From Breznakia blatticola (lineage in GTDB: Bacteria; Bacillota_I; Bacilli_A; Erysipelotrichales; Erysipelotrichaceae): a stretch of 32,000 nucleotides of DNA. This document shows positions 1-8,800 of this stretch, in pieces (the stretch's first letter is position 1; the number at the start of each line of letters is the position of its first letter). The stretch covers positions 90,001 through 122,000 of the forward strand of contig NZ_SODD01000002.1 in assembly GCF_004365815.1 (NCBI RefSeq), given 5' to 3'. The notes under the pieces are model-generated. The model did not search any database, was not told where the DNA came from, and saw only the letters and a list, made by a program, of their open reading frames with translations. The translations under genes and the position numbers were made by a program.

Positions 1-1164
1 GGTTTGATGGTGTCATTCAATTTAACCGGAATCGATGTTACAGGATCGCTATTGTTTGGTTTATCCATTGCGATGCTTGGAATTGTTGGTGCAGTTGTTG
101 GCTTGTTGATGGCACAAGTTATGTCTACTTCAGCCGGAGCGATTGGTGGAAGTATTGCACTTTTAATCGTATTGTATATCGTTCGTGCGACAACGGATAT
201 TTCCAATGTTTCACTTTCGATGATGAACCCGTTAGGATGGGGATATTTAACCTATCCGTTTGTCGAGAACAACTGGCTACCAATTGTATATGCACTCGTG
301 TTCTCGATCGTTGGTATCTTTGTGGCGTTTGTATTAGAAAGTAAACGCGATATGCAAGATGGCTACATTCCTCAATTTGAAGGAAAAGCGCATGCAAGCA
401 AACGCATGTTGAGTGTACCAGGAATGTTTTGGCGTATTACACGAGGCACAAATATTGCGTGGTTAATTGGTTTTGCAGTCATGGGTGCAGCTTATGGTTC
501 TGTATATGCAGATATGCAGTCATTTTTAAACAGTAATGAAATGATGCAACAAATGTTTACAGTACAAGGCATCTCAATTGAAGTCTCTTTTACAGCAACG
601 ATTATGTTTGTGGTACAAGGTCTTGCGATAATCTTGCCTATTGTAATGTTAAACAAACTATACAATGAAGAACGACGTGGACATTTATCACAAGTCTATT
701 CGACAAAAGTAAGTCGTAATCAAATATACTGGTCAGTTATTGGTATTGCCATTTGCTTAAGTGTATTTGCCAATCTAGCAGGATCTTTTGGACTTGGTGG
801 AATGGCTATAGCATCTATGAGTAAAAGCACCATGACGTTTATTGATTTTATTGGTGCAGGTTTCAATTATTTTGCGGTATTCCTATTCTTTATAGGGCTT
901 GGTGGTTTGTGTATTGGATATGCACCAAAATTAGGAAAACTATTGTATTTGTATCTTGGATATTCGTTTATGGTAAGTTATTTTCTAAATCTACTAGACT
1001 TGCCAGAATGGGTAAATCAAACATCGGCTTTGAATTGGATGAATCGCGTACCAATGGAAAGTTTCAATGTAAGTGCATTTTTAATTGTCGGTGCTATTGG
1101 AATTGTTATGATGATACTTGGTGCTATTGGTTATCATAGACGAGATTTACATGAAGGTGTATAA
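1..1164 (+). CDS. Multi-pass membrane protein, probable ABC-2-type exporter permease; 5' end probably cut by the window edge
   Basis: The frame is open from base 1 (ggt precedes the TTG at 4). The 386 aa are almost entirely hydrophobic helices (LLFGLSIAMLGIVGAVVGLLMAQV, FAVFLFFIGLGGLCIGYA, FLIVGAIGIVMMILGAIGY) with no ATPase motifs. Stop TAA 1162-1164 is followed by a hairpin terminator. The family call rests on topology only. Confidence 0.5.
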   Translation, partial: GLMVSFNLTGIDVTGSLLFGLSIAMLGIVGAVVGLLMAQVMSTSAGAIGGSIALLIVLYIVRATTDISNVSLSMMNPLGWGYLTYPFVENNWLPIVYALVFSIVGIFVAFVLESKRDMQDGYIPQFEGKAHASKRMLSVPGMFWRITRGTNIAWLIGFAVMGAAYGSVYADMQSFLNSNEMMQQMFTVQGISIEVSFTATIMFVVQGLAIILPIVMLNKLYNEERRGHLSQVYSTKVSRNQIYWSVIGIAICLSVFANLAGSFGLGGMAIASMSKSTMTFIDFIGAGFNYFAVFLFFIGLGGLCIGYAPKLGKLLYLYLGYSFMVSYFLNLLDLPEWVNQTSALNWMNRVPMESFNVSAFLIVGAIGIVMMILGAIGYHRRDLHEGV

Positions 1165-1190
1165 AAAAAGGTTGTCAGTGCAACCTTTTT
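1165..1190. terminator. Bidirectional rho-independent terminator between convergent genes
   Basis: AAAAAGGTTG-tcagtg-CAACCTTTTT. The 10-bp stem has an A-run on one side and a T-run on the other, and it lies between stop 1164 (+) and stop 1197 (-). Confidence 0.8.
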
Positions 1191-1196
1191 CTTTGC

Positions 1197-3533
1197 TTAT
1201 TCGCTACGTAATGCTTCTACAGGGTCTTTTTTTGCTGCCATCTCAGCAGGGATACATCCACCAAGTAGCGTTAATATTAGGGAGATACATACAAGAATAA
1301 GTGCATGTATTGGATTGAGTTTTGCAACATTTGCTAGCCCAGAAACATTTTCAATTACGATATTAGCTGGAATCGTAAGTAACTGTGCAATTCCAATTCC
1401 CAATAAACCAGAACATAATCCAATGATAAAGGTTTCTGCATTGAAAACACGCGTGATGTCTTTTTTTCTGGCTCCAAGGGCACGAAGTATTCCAATCTCT
1501 TTTGTTCGTTCTAGTACCGAAATATAGGTAATAATTCCAATCATGATACAAGAGACAATCAAACTAATTGCAGAGAAGGCAATAAGTACAATTGTTATGG
1601 CACTCATGATTTCACCTGATAGTGAAGATAACATTGCCGCAAAATCCGTGTATAGTACCTGATCGTCGGTTGCTTTATCTACATTGTATGCATCAAGATA
1701 TGCAATAACATCATCTTTGCTTTCAAAGTCTTTTGGATAAATCATGATGGAGTTTGGAATTGCATCAGCTCCTAAGTAGGCAAGTGTTGCCTCTTTTGTA
1801 TTTTGACTAGTAGGGTCTTTATCAAATGGTTGACCTGTCAGTACATTTGTTTCACTTGCTTGTTGTGCACGAACAATTGCAGAACTTGAATTACTAGACA
1901 TAACTTCTTGAATAAGGCTTGGTGTATATAAAACACCGCTACCAGAAGTAATTAGTTCTTTATCTTTTTTACCACGCATAATTGCTTGTACTTTCAAGGT
2001 AATGGTTTGTTTGGAATTATACATTTGTTCATAATTAGAACCTGGCATATAATATTGACCGATTTCGTTATACCAACTATCATTTAAAATTACTTTGACT
2101 TCTTTATGTAATAATTCATCGAATGTAACATGTTCATTTTCTTCAAAACCTAGTTGTTTTAAGGTGGTGCTACTTACTTGATTGTATGCATCAACTTGGA
2201 TAACTAAACCAGGTTGATTCATATCGATCTCTCCAACTAATGTGTCGTATAAAGAGTCAATGATTCCAGTTTCTTTTTTTGCTGTCAAGACACTTTGATT
2301 TGCATCACTTTTGAACTGTGTTGGTAGTTGCATCCATGCACTTTGTATATCAAAAACAATTGGTTGATAGATTCCGTTTTGTTGTTTTGTAATCATATTT
2401 AGTTGTGTTGTGTTTTGGTATGAAATTCCTGAAAGTAAATCTGTATCCATTTTTTTAATATAATCGATATAGTCTTCATCAATTTTATTTTGATGAATCA
2501 TACTATCCATCACATCATCTTGTGCATATACACTTTTTTCACTTGTATATTTTTTTAGATCGTTGGTTTTGGATGTATTTGAAAATGATGCTGCATCCAT
2601 TTGCATAGCTTGACTAGCAACTTGTATTGGCATGTTAGATAAAGAATCCTTTTCAAAGTTATCGATTTCTACTTGAAATCCATTACTCAATGCCAGAATT
2701 AATGCGATACCTATAATTCCAATACTTGAAGCAAATGAAGTAAGTAAAGTACGACCCTTTTTCGTTTTGATATTGTTGAAAGATAAGGCAAGGGCAGTAA
2801 GATAACTCATTGCAGTTTTACGTATTGAAAATGTTGAAGGTTTCTCACTATCTTCTTGTACAGGATGAGAATCACTTGTGACCAATCCATCTTTAAGTTC
2901 AATGATGCGATTTGCATAATCATTAGCAAGTTCAGGATTATGAGTCACCATAATTACAAGTTTATCTTTAGCAATCTCTGTAATCAAATCCATGATTTGT
3001 ACACTGGTATCACTATCAAGTGCACCTGTAGGTTCATCAGCTAAAATCACATCAGGATCATTTGCAAGGGCACGAGCAATCGCAACACGTTGCATTTGTC
3101 CTCCAGATAGTTGATTTGGTTTTTTGTGTGCATGATCTTTAAGGCCAACTTTATGTAATACTTCCATTGCCTTTTTGCGACGTGTTTTACTATCGATCCC
3201 ACTTAGTGTCATACCCATTTCTATATTGGATAGTACACTAATATGTGTGATCAAATTATACGATTGAAAGATAAATCCGACACAGTTATTGCGGTATGCA
3301 TCCCAATCTTTTTGTTTGAAGTTTTTTGTACTTTTACTATTGATTACTAAATCACCGCTATCGTATTGGTCCAATCCCCCAATGATATTCAACATGGTTG
3401 TTTTACCTGAACCACTTTGTCCAAGGATCGCTACGAATTCATTTTTTCGAAAACTCAAGGAAACATCTTTCAGTGCATGTTGTTGAAAATCCCCAGTTTT
3501 ATAACTTTTCTTTATATGTTTTAGTTTAAGCAT
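1197..3533 (-). CDS. Fused ABC transporter ATP-binding domain plus FtsX-type permease (MacB-like)
   Basis: Start moved to ATG 3533 ([11 protein letters not shown]), preceded by GGAGAA on the minus strand. Walker [10 protein letters not shown], signature LSGGQMQRV, Walker [13 protein letters not shown] and H-loop VTHNP are present. TM1 is near aa 262-285, followed by an extracytoplasmic domain of about 355 aa and a C-terminal FtsX module ([19 protein letters not shown] plus 3 TM). Confidence 0.85.
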   Translation of the reverse strand: MLKLKHIKKSYKTGDFQQHALKDVSLSFRKNEFVAILGQSGSGKTTMLNIIGGLDQYDSGDLVINSKSTKNFKQKDWDAYRNNCVGFIFQSYNLITHISVLSNIEMGMTLSGIDSKTRRKKAMEVLHKVGLKDHAHKKPNQLSGGQMQRVAIARALANDPDVILADEPTGALDSDTSVQIMDLITEIAKDKLVIMVTHNPELANDYANRIIELKDGLVTSDSHPVQEDSEKPSTFSIRKTAMSYLTALALSFNNIKTKKGRTLLTSFASSIGIIGIALILALSNGFQVEIDNFEKDSLSNMPIQVASQAMQMDAASFSNTSKTNDLKKYTSEKSVYAQDDVMDSMIHQNKIDEDYIDYIKKMDTDLLSGISYQNTTQLNMITKQQNGIYQPIVFDIQSAWMQLPTQFKSDANQSVLTAKKETGIIDSLYDTLVGEIDMNQPGLVIQVDAYNQVSSTTLKQLGFEENEHVTFDELLHKEVKVILNDSWYNEIGQYYMPGSNYEQMYNSKQTITLKVQAIMRGKKDKELITSGSGVLYTPSLIQEVMSSNSSSAIVRAQQASETNVLTGQPFDKDPTSQNTKEATLAYLGADAIPNSIMIYPKDFESKDDVIAYLDAYNVDKATDDQVLYTDFAAMLSSLSGEIMSAITIVLIAFSAISLIVSCIMIGIITYISVLERTKEIGILRALGARKKDITRVFNAETFIIGLCSGLLGIGIAQLLTIPANIVIENVSGLANVAKLNPIHALILVCISLILTLLGGCIPAEMAAKKDPVEALRSE

Positions 3534-3566
3534 GTTTTTCTCCTCTATACTCACTGCACATCCGTC

Positions 3567-3596
3567 ATAGTAAACGCATGAACATGCGTAAACTAT
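3567..3596. promoter_or_regulatory. 30-bp near-perfect palindrome in the 5' region of the MacB-like gene (candidate operator or 5'-UTR hairpin)
   Basis: ATAGTAAACGCATG-AA-CATGCGTAAACTAT. The arms ATAGT/ACTAT and ACGCATG/CATGCGT pair perfectly and are interrupted by symmetric AA/AA mismatches. It lies 34-63 nt upstream of ATG 3533. Confidence 0.45.
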
Positions 3597-3939
3597 ATCG
3601 TGATTTAGACTTTGCGGATACATTTTCAGGATAAGTGGTTATTAACCAAGACTAAGATGTAAGAAATTTGGGGTCAATGTATCACCTCTTATGTTAGAAA
3701 CGTATGAAATGCTTATAAAATACCAACGACAAATTATGTGAAAGTTCATGATAAAAAGTCGTTGACAAATCTCTCGCATTCATTAAAGTCGATGGTTTCG
3801 GCACTTTTTGCATTCATGAAAATTCTATGAAAGCGATTGTAAAAAAGGGTGAAAGTTTTCAGTTAGATGTTGCCCATTCTTGCTTGAAAATGTGTACAAT
3901 AGTGGCAGGCAAAAATTTTGAAAGAGAGAGGGAAGTGTT

Positions 3940-6072
3940 ATGGAACTATCAAAAGTTAGGGTTGTTAAAAAAGACGGAACACTAGAAGTGTTTAACATAA
4001 ATAAAGTCGTAGTAGCAATCAATAAAAGTGCTTTCCGTACCTTATATTCATTTAAGAGTGCGGAAATTGATCGCATCTGTAAAGATGTAGAAAAACAAGT
4101 AAGTGAAGTGGAGAATGAAAAGATTACGATTCAAGAAATGCATAATATCGTAGAAGCTGCACTTGAACTTACAAATCCAAAAGTCGCAAAGAGTTACCGT
4201 GATTACCGTAACTACAAAATTGACTTTGTACATATGCTTGATGAGGTGTATAAGAAAAGTCAAAGCATTATGTATATTGGAGACAAAGAAAACTCAAATA
4301 CAGACAGCGCATTAGTTTCGACAAAACGTTCATTAATATTTAATGAATTAAATAAGGAACTATACAAAAAATTCTTCTTAACAACAGAAGAACTACAAGC
4401 AATTCGTGATGGATATATTTATATTCATGATATGAGTGCACGTCGTGATACGATGAACTGCTGTTTATTTGATGTGCAAAATGTACTAAGTGGTGGGTTT
4501 GAGATGGGAAACCTTTGGTACAATGAACCAAAAACATTAGATGTTGCTTTTGATGTTATTGGGGATATTGTCCTTAGTGCAGCAAGTCAACAATATGGTG
4601 GATTTACCGTTCCTAATGTAGAAACGATTTTAAAACCATATGCTGAAAAATCATACAAGATCTATTTAAAACACTATACAGATTTAGGTTTAGATGAACA
4701 AAAAGCAAAAGAAATCACAATGAAAGACATTGAAAGAGACTTTAGACAAGGTTTCCAAGGATGGGAATACAAGTTTAACTCTGTTTCAAGTAGTCGAGGA
4801 GATTACCCATTTATTACGATGTCAATGGGAATTGGACAAAGTGAATTCGAACAAATGGCAAGTATTCAAATGTTACGTGTACGTAAAGAAGGACAAGGAA
4901 AGAAAGGACACAAAAAACCAGTGTTGTTCCCAAAACTTGTATTCTTATATGATGAAAACTTACACGGAGAAGGTAAGCCATTAGAAAATGTATTTAATGA
5001 AGGTATTGAATGTAGTTCAAAAACAATGTATCCAGACTGGTTGAGTTTAACTGGTGAAGGATATGTACCTAGCATCTACAAAAAATATGGTGAAATAATT
5101 TCACCTATGGGATGTCGTGCGTTTTTAAGTCCTTACTACCGTCGTGGTGGACTTGAACCAGCAGATGAAAACGATTCACCATTCTTTGTTGGTCGCTTTA
5201 ACATTGGTGCGATTTCATTACACTTACCAATGATTTTAGCGAAAGCCCAACAAGAAAGTCGTGATTTCTACGAAGTGTTAGATGGATATATGGAACTTAT
5301 TCGTAACTTACACTTACGTACATATGACTACCTAGGAGAAATGAAAGCAAGTGTGAACCCTCTTGCATACTGTGAAGGTGGTTTTGCTGGTGGAAACTTA
5401 GGTTTACATGACAAAATCAAACCAATTCTTGAAAGTGCAACAGCATCTTTTGGAATCACTGCGTTAAATGAATTACAAGAACTTTACAACAAACGTTCAT
5501 TAGTTCAAGATGGAGGATTTGCTTTAAAAGTACTTGAATACATCAATAAGAAAATTGAACAATTCAAAAAAGAAGATGGAAGACTTTATGCAATTTATGG
5601 AACTCCAGCAGAAAGTCTATGTGGATTACAAATCCAACAATTCCGTAAAAAATACGGTGTAATTGAAAATGTAAGTGACCGTGAATATGTAAGCAATTCA
5701 TTCCACTGTCATGTTACAGAAGATATTTCACCGATCGAAAAACAAAACTTAGAAAAACGTTTCTGGGATTTAGCTAACGGTGGTAAAATTCAATACGTAA
5801 AATATCCAATTGGATACAATACGGATGCAATTAAAACGTTAGTACGTAGAGCCATGGGAATGGGATTCTATGAAGGAGTTAACTTATCATTAGCATATTG
5901 TGAAGAATGTGGACATGAAGAATTAGAAATGGAAGTATGTCCAAAATGTGGAAGTGCAAACTTAACTAAAATTGATCGTATGAATGGATATTTATCATAC
6001 TCACGTGTAAAAGGAGATTCTCGTTTAAATGATGCGAAAATGGCAGAAATAAAAGAGAGAAAATCGATGTAG
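3940..6072 (+). CDS. nrdD: Anaerobic ribonucleoside-triphosphate reductase (class III RNR)
   Basis: 710 aa. It has an N-terminal ATP-cone-like segment (VVKKDGTLEVFNINKVV), a C-terminal Zn-ribbon (CEECGHE...CPKCGS) and a glycyl-radical tail (IDRMNGYLSYSRV). The activase gene follows 3 nt later. RBS GAGAGGGAAG precedes ATG 3940. Confidence 0.95.
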   Translation: MELSKVRVVKKDGTLEVFNINKVVVAINKSAFRTLYSFKSAEIDRICKDVEKQVSEVENEKITIQEMHNIVEAALELTNPKVAKSYRDYRNYKIDFVHMLDEVYKKSQSIMYIGDKENSNTDSALVSTKRSLIFNELNKELYKKFFLTTEELQAIRDGYIYIHDMSARRDTMNCCLFDVQNVLSGGFEMGNLWYNEPKTLDVAFDVIGDIVLSAASQQYGGFTVPNVETILKPYAEKSYKIYLKHYTDLGLDEQKAKEITMKDIERDFRQGFQGWEYKFNSVSSSRGDYPFITMSMGIGQSEFEQMASIQMLRVRKEGQGKKGHKKPVLFPKLVFLYDENLHGEGKPLENVFNEGIECSSKTMYPDWLSLTGEGYVPSIYKKYGEIISPMGCRAFLSPYYRRGGLEPADENDSPFFVGRFNIGAISLHLPMILAKAQQESRDFYEVLDGYMELIRNLHLRTYDYLGEMKASVNPLAYCEGGFAGGNLGLHDKIKPILESATASFGITALNELQELYNKRSLVQDGGFALKVLEYINKKIEQFKKEDGRLYAIYGTPAESLCGLQIQQFRKKYGVIENVSDREYVSNSFHCHVTEDISPIEKQNLEKRFWDLANGGKIQYVKYPIGYNTDAIKTLVRRAMGMGFYEGVNLSLAYCEECGHEELEMEVCPKCGSANLTKIDRMNGYLSYSRVKGDSRLNDAKMAEIKERKSM

Positions 6073-6075
6073 TTT

Positions 6076-6561
6076 ATGAGATATCACAATATTACAAAAG
6101 ACGATATGCTAAATGGAAAGGGATTACGTTCAGTATTATGGTTAGCTGGTTGTGATCATGCGTGTCCTGGATGTCACAATCCAATCACTTGGTCTTTACA
6201 AGGTGGAATCGTATTTGATGATGATGCAAAACAAGAATTATTTGCTTCATTAGATAATGATTACATTGATGGTGTAACCCTTAGTGGAGGAGATCCACTA
6301 AACTTACACAACCGTAAAGATGTAACCGAATTGGTTAAAGAATTAAAAGAAAAATTTCCAAAGAAAAGTATTTGGGTGTATACTGGATATCTATACGATG
6401 ATGTCAAAGATATTGAATTAATGGCATACATCGATGTGTTAGTTGATGGGAAATTTATTGAAGCTCAACTTTCACCAACAACCCCTTGGGTAGGATCATC
6501 AAATCAAAAAGTGATTGATGTGAAAGCCACAAGAGCACAAGAGAAAATTGTTGAAGTATAA
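6076..6561 (+). CDS. nrdG: Anaerobic ribonucleotide reductase activating protein (radical SAM)
   Basis: 161 aa with the cluster motif CDHACPGC and a GGDPL motif. Its size and its position immediately after nrdD fit NrdG. Confidence 0.9.
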   Translation: MRYHNITKDDMLNGKGLRSVLWLAGCDHACPGCHNPITWSLQGGIVFDDDAKQELFASLDNDYIDGVTLSGGDPLNLHNRKDVTELVKELKEKFPKKSIWVYTGYLYDDVKDIELMAYIDVLVDGKFIEAQLSPTTPWVGSSNQKVIDVKATRAQEKIVEV

Positions 6562-6570
6562 GGAGAATCC

Positions 6571-7062
6571 ATGAAAAAAGTAGCGAAATTTCACAAGGTG
6601 AGTTATGAACAATTTAGTTCAAGTTTTGATGGTAAAGATGTACATGAAATGTATGACGCAATCTGTTTGCCAAAACGAGCAACTGCACAAAGTGCAGGGT
6701 ATGACTTTTTCTTACCTTTTGATTTAGAACTAGCACCAAATGAAACTAAATTAATTCCAACAGGAATTCGTGTTGAAATGTTAGCAAACTGGGTATTACA
6801 ATTATATCCACGTAGTGGACTTGGATTTAAATTCCGTCTACAACTAAATAATACTGTGGGTATTATTGATGCTGATTATTTCTATAGTGATAATGAAGGT
6901 CACATCTTTGCGAAAATCACAAACGACTCAAATGAAAATAAAACCATTTCATTAAAAGCACATGATGGATTCATGCAAGGAATCTTCATGGAATATGGAA
7001 TTGTTGAAGATGATGATGCAACTGGCGTTCGTAATGGTGGTTTTGGAAGTACAAGTAAATAA
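6571..7062 (+). CDS. dut: dUTP diphosphatase (trimeric dUTPase family)
   Basis: 163 aa with motifs SAGYDF, YPRSGLG, GIIDADY and C-terminal RNGGFGSTSK. RBS AAGGAG lies upstream of ATG 6571. There is no terminator between nrdG and this gene. Confidence 0.85.
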   Translation: MKKVAKFHKVSYEQFSSSFDGKDVHEMYDAICLPKRATAQSAGYDFFLPFDLELAPNETKLIPTGIRVEMLANWVLQLYPRSGLGFKFRLQLNNTVGIIDADYFYSDNEGHIFAKITNDSNENKTISLKAHDGFMQGIFMEYGIVEDDDATGVRNGGFGSTSK

Positions 7063-7066
7063 CTTT

Positions 7067-7099
7067 GAAATAGGAATGCTTCGGTATTTCTATTTTTTT
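7067..7099 (+). terminator. Rho-independent terminator of the nrdD-nrdG-dut operon
   Basis: GAAATA(g)GAA-tgc-TTC(gg)TATTTC followed by TATTTTTTT. Confidence 0.7.
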
Positions 7100-7133
7100 G
7101 TGTAGCAAGAATCAATATATGATATACTACACA
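7099..7133 (+). promoter_or_regulatory. Inverted repeat bracketing a candidate -10 (TATACT 7123-7128) upstream of the orphan EIIA gene
   Basis: TGTGTAG (7099-7105) and CTACACA (7127-7133) form a perfect 7-bp inverted repeat with a 21-nt spacer. The -35 is poor. Confidence 0.3.
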
Positions 7134-7165
7134 TAAGTCAAAATGACATAAAAATGGAGGAATGT

Positions 7166-7477
7166 ATGGAAGGATTAGAATTAGTTTGTTTTCAAATTAT
7201 TTCAAATGTTGGTGGCGCAAGAAGTTGTTTTATTGAAGCGATTCAACATGCGAAAGTAGGGGATTATGAAAAAGCGGAAGCATCAATTAGTGAAGGTGAA
7301 AAGTTCTTTACAGAAGGGCATCACGCACACGCAAAATTGATCCAACAAGAAGCAAATGGAGAACTTGAAAAAGTTACTTTATTATTGCTTCATGCAGAAG
7401 ATCAATTAATGAGTGCAGAAGCATTTAAAATTCTAGCAAATGAATTTATCGACGTATACAAACGTTTAGATAAATAG
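7166..7477 (+). CDS. PTS lactose/cellobiose-family EIIA component (orphan: no IIB/IIC adjacent)
   Basis: Start moved to ATG 7166, 5 nt after GGAGG 7156-7160. About 103 aa with the conserved segment LLLLHAEDQLMSAE carrying the phospho-His, as in the paralog at 13126-13446 (IFIHSQDHLMTT). Confidence 0.85.
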   Translation: MEGLELVCFQIISNVGGARSCFIEAIQHAKVGDYEKAEASISEGEKFFTEGHHAHAKLIQQEANGELEKVTLLLLHAEDQLMSAEAFKILANEFIDVYKRLDK

Positions 7478-7482
7478 TAATC

Positions 7483-7506
7483 AAGCAGCCATATGGTTGC
7501 TTTTTT
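7483..7506 (+). terminator. Rho-independent terminator after the EIIA gene
   Basis: AAGCAGCC-atat-GGTTGCTT (one G-U pair) followed by TTTTT. It lies inside the N-terminal extension of ORF 7493-8761 given in the track, which argues against that extension. Confidence 0.75.
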
Positions 7507-7603
7507 AGTAGATGCTATAAAGAAAAAACTTATGAACGTGAAGACGAAATACTTGCAAGAAATAAGAAAAAGGCGTATCGTTTTTCATATAGGAGGTCAG
7601 GTT

Positions 7604-8761
7604 ATGGCAAATCGATTTATTTTAAATGAAACAAGTTATCATGGAAAAGGAGCAATCAATGAGATTGTAACTGAAGTACAAGCACGTCAATTTAAGAAAG
7701 GACTTGTAGTTACTGACAAGGATTTGGTTACATTTGGTGTCGTTAAAAAAGTTACAGATTTATTAGATGCAGCTTCATTACCATATGAAATTTTTGATGA
7801 AGTAGAAGCAAATCCAACAGTAAAAATGGTACAAGATGGAGTCGAAGCATTTAAAAAAGCAGATGCGGATTACATTATTGCAATCGGTGGTGGTTCACCA
7901 CAAGATACAGCTAAAGCAATTGGGATTATCATCAACAACCCAGAATTTAGTGATGTGGTAAGTCTTGAAGGTGTTGCACCTACAAAAAATAAAGCAGTAC
8001 CAATGATTGCAGTAGCAACAACTGCTGGTACAGCTGCAGAAACAACAATCAACTATGTAATTACAGATACAGAAAAGAAACGTAAATTCGTTTGTGTAGA
8101 TGTACATGATATTCCAGTAGTTGCAATTGTTGATCCTGATATGATGGCAAGTATGCCAAAAGGATTAACTGCTGCTACCGGTATGGATGCATTAACGCAT
8201 GCAATTGAAGGATATACAACTGCAGCAGCATGGGAACTAGCAGATACGTTAAACTTAAAAGCAATTGAAATTATTTCAAGAAGTCTACGTGATGCGGTAA
8301 ATAATGATCCAAAAGGACGAGAAGACATGGCACTTGCTCAATATATGACAGGTATGGCATTCTCAAATGTTGGTCTTGGAGTTGTACATGGAATGGCACA
8401 CCCACTAGGAGCATTCTATGGCACTGCACATGGTATTGCAAATGCAGTATTACTTCCATATGTAATGGAATACAACAAAGATTACACTGGTGAAAAATAT
8501 CGTGAAATTGCACGTGTAATGGGTGTGGCAAATGTAGATGAAATGTCACAAGACGAATATCGTCAAGCAGCAATTGATGCAGTAAAACAATTATCAAAAG
8601 ATGTAAACATTCCAGCGACATTAAAAGAAATTGGAGTGAAAGAAGAAGATTTAGGTGAACTTGCAACATCAGCAATGGCAGATGCATGTACACCAGGAAA
8701 CCCAAGAGCTTGTAATTATGAAGAAGTTCTTGAAGTATACAAAAAAGCGTATAACGGATAA
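7604..8761 (+). CDS. fucO: Iron-containing alcohol dehydrogenase, lactaldehyde reductase / 1,2-propanediol oxidoreductase-like
   Basis: Start at ATG 7604 with AGGAGG at 7591-7596, giving 385 aa. Fe-ADH motifs GGGSPQDTAKAIG, DALTHAIEGY and HGMAHPLG are present. It is colinear with E. coli FucO as I recall it (MANRxILNET, NPEFxDVxSLEG, KFVCVD, GEKYRxIARVMG). Confidence 0.8.
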   Translation: MANRFILNETSYHGKGAINEIVTEVQARQFKKGLVVTDKDLVTFGVVKKVTDLLDAASLPYEIFDEVEANPTVKMVQDGVEAFKKADADYIIAIGGGSPQDTAKAIGIIINNPEFSDVVSLEGVAPTKNKAVPMIAVATTAGTAAETTINYVITDTEKKRKFVCVDVHDIPVVAIVDPDMMASMPKGLTAATGMDALTHAIEGYTTAAAWELADTLNLKAIEIISRSLRDAVNNDPKGREDMALAQYMTGMAFSNVGLGVVHGMAHPLGAFYGTAHGIANAVLLPYVMEYNKDYTGEKYREIARVMGVANVDEMSQDEYRQAAIDAVKQLSKDVNIPATLKEIGVKEEDLGELATSAMADACTPGNPRACNYEEVLEVYKKAYNG

Positions 8762-8767
8762 TTGAGT

Positions 8768-8800
8768 AAAAGCCTGAAGAATTGAGTCTTCAGGCTTTTT
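8768..8800. terminator. Bidirectional terminator between fucO-like (+) and the DUF5131 gene (-)
   Basis: AGCCTGAAGA-attgag-TCTTCAGGCT forms a perfect 10-bp stem flanked by AAA and TTTTT. It overlaps the minus-strand stop codon at 8799-8801. Confidence 0.85.

Noticed and set aside
3534-3623. 30-codon N-terminal extension of the MacB-like ORF (MYPQSLNHDIVYACSCVYYDGCAVSIEEKN)
   Set aside because: It has no RBS and runs through the 30-bp palindrome. The internal ATG at 3533 has a GGAGAA RBS and begins the conserved ABC ATPase N-terminus ([11 protein letters not shown]).
3828-3841. cre site TGAAAGCGATTGTA upstream of nrdD
   Set aside because: It has two mismatches in the right arm (GT instead of WC). 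The evidence is too weak to annotate as a CcpA site.
3624-3939. Possible NrdR boxes, Rex/FNR sites, B12 or other riboswitch upstream of nrdD
   Set aside because: The best NrdR-like candidates matched only about half of the 16-bp consensus (acaCwAtATaTwGtgt). TGTGAAAGTTCATGA (near 3737) has the wrong spacing for Rex or Crp/Fnr. No B12-box or other riboswitch core was seen. The region is left as unexplained rather than called.
3825-4076. 83-aa minus-strand ORF overlapping the nrdD start
   Set aside because: It is antisense to a confidently called gene and its promoter region, with no RBS and low-complexity L/S/T composition. It is a typical shadow ORF.
7493-7603. 37-codon N-terminal extension of the alcohol dehydrogenase ORF
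   Set aside because: It begins inside the terminator hairpin of the upstream EIIA gene. ATG 7604 has a perfect AGGAGG and matches the FucO N-terminus MANR-ILNET.
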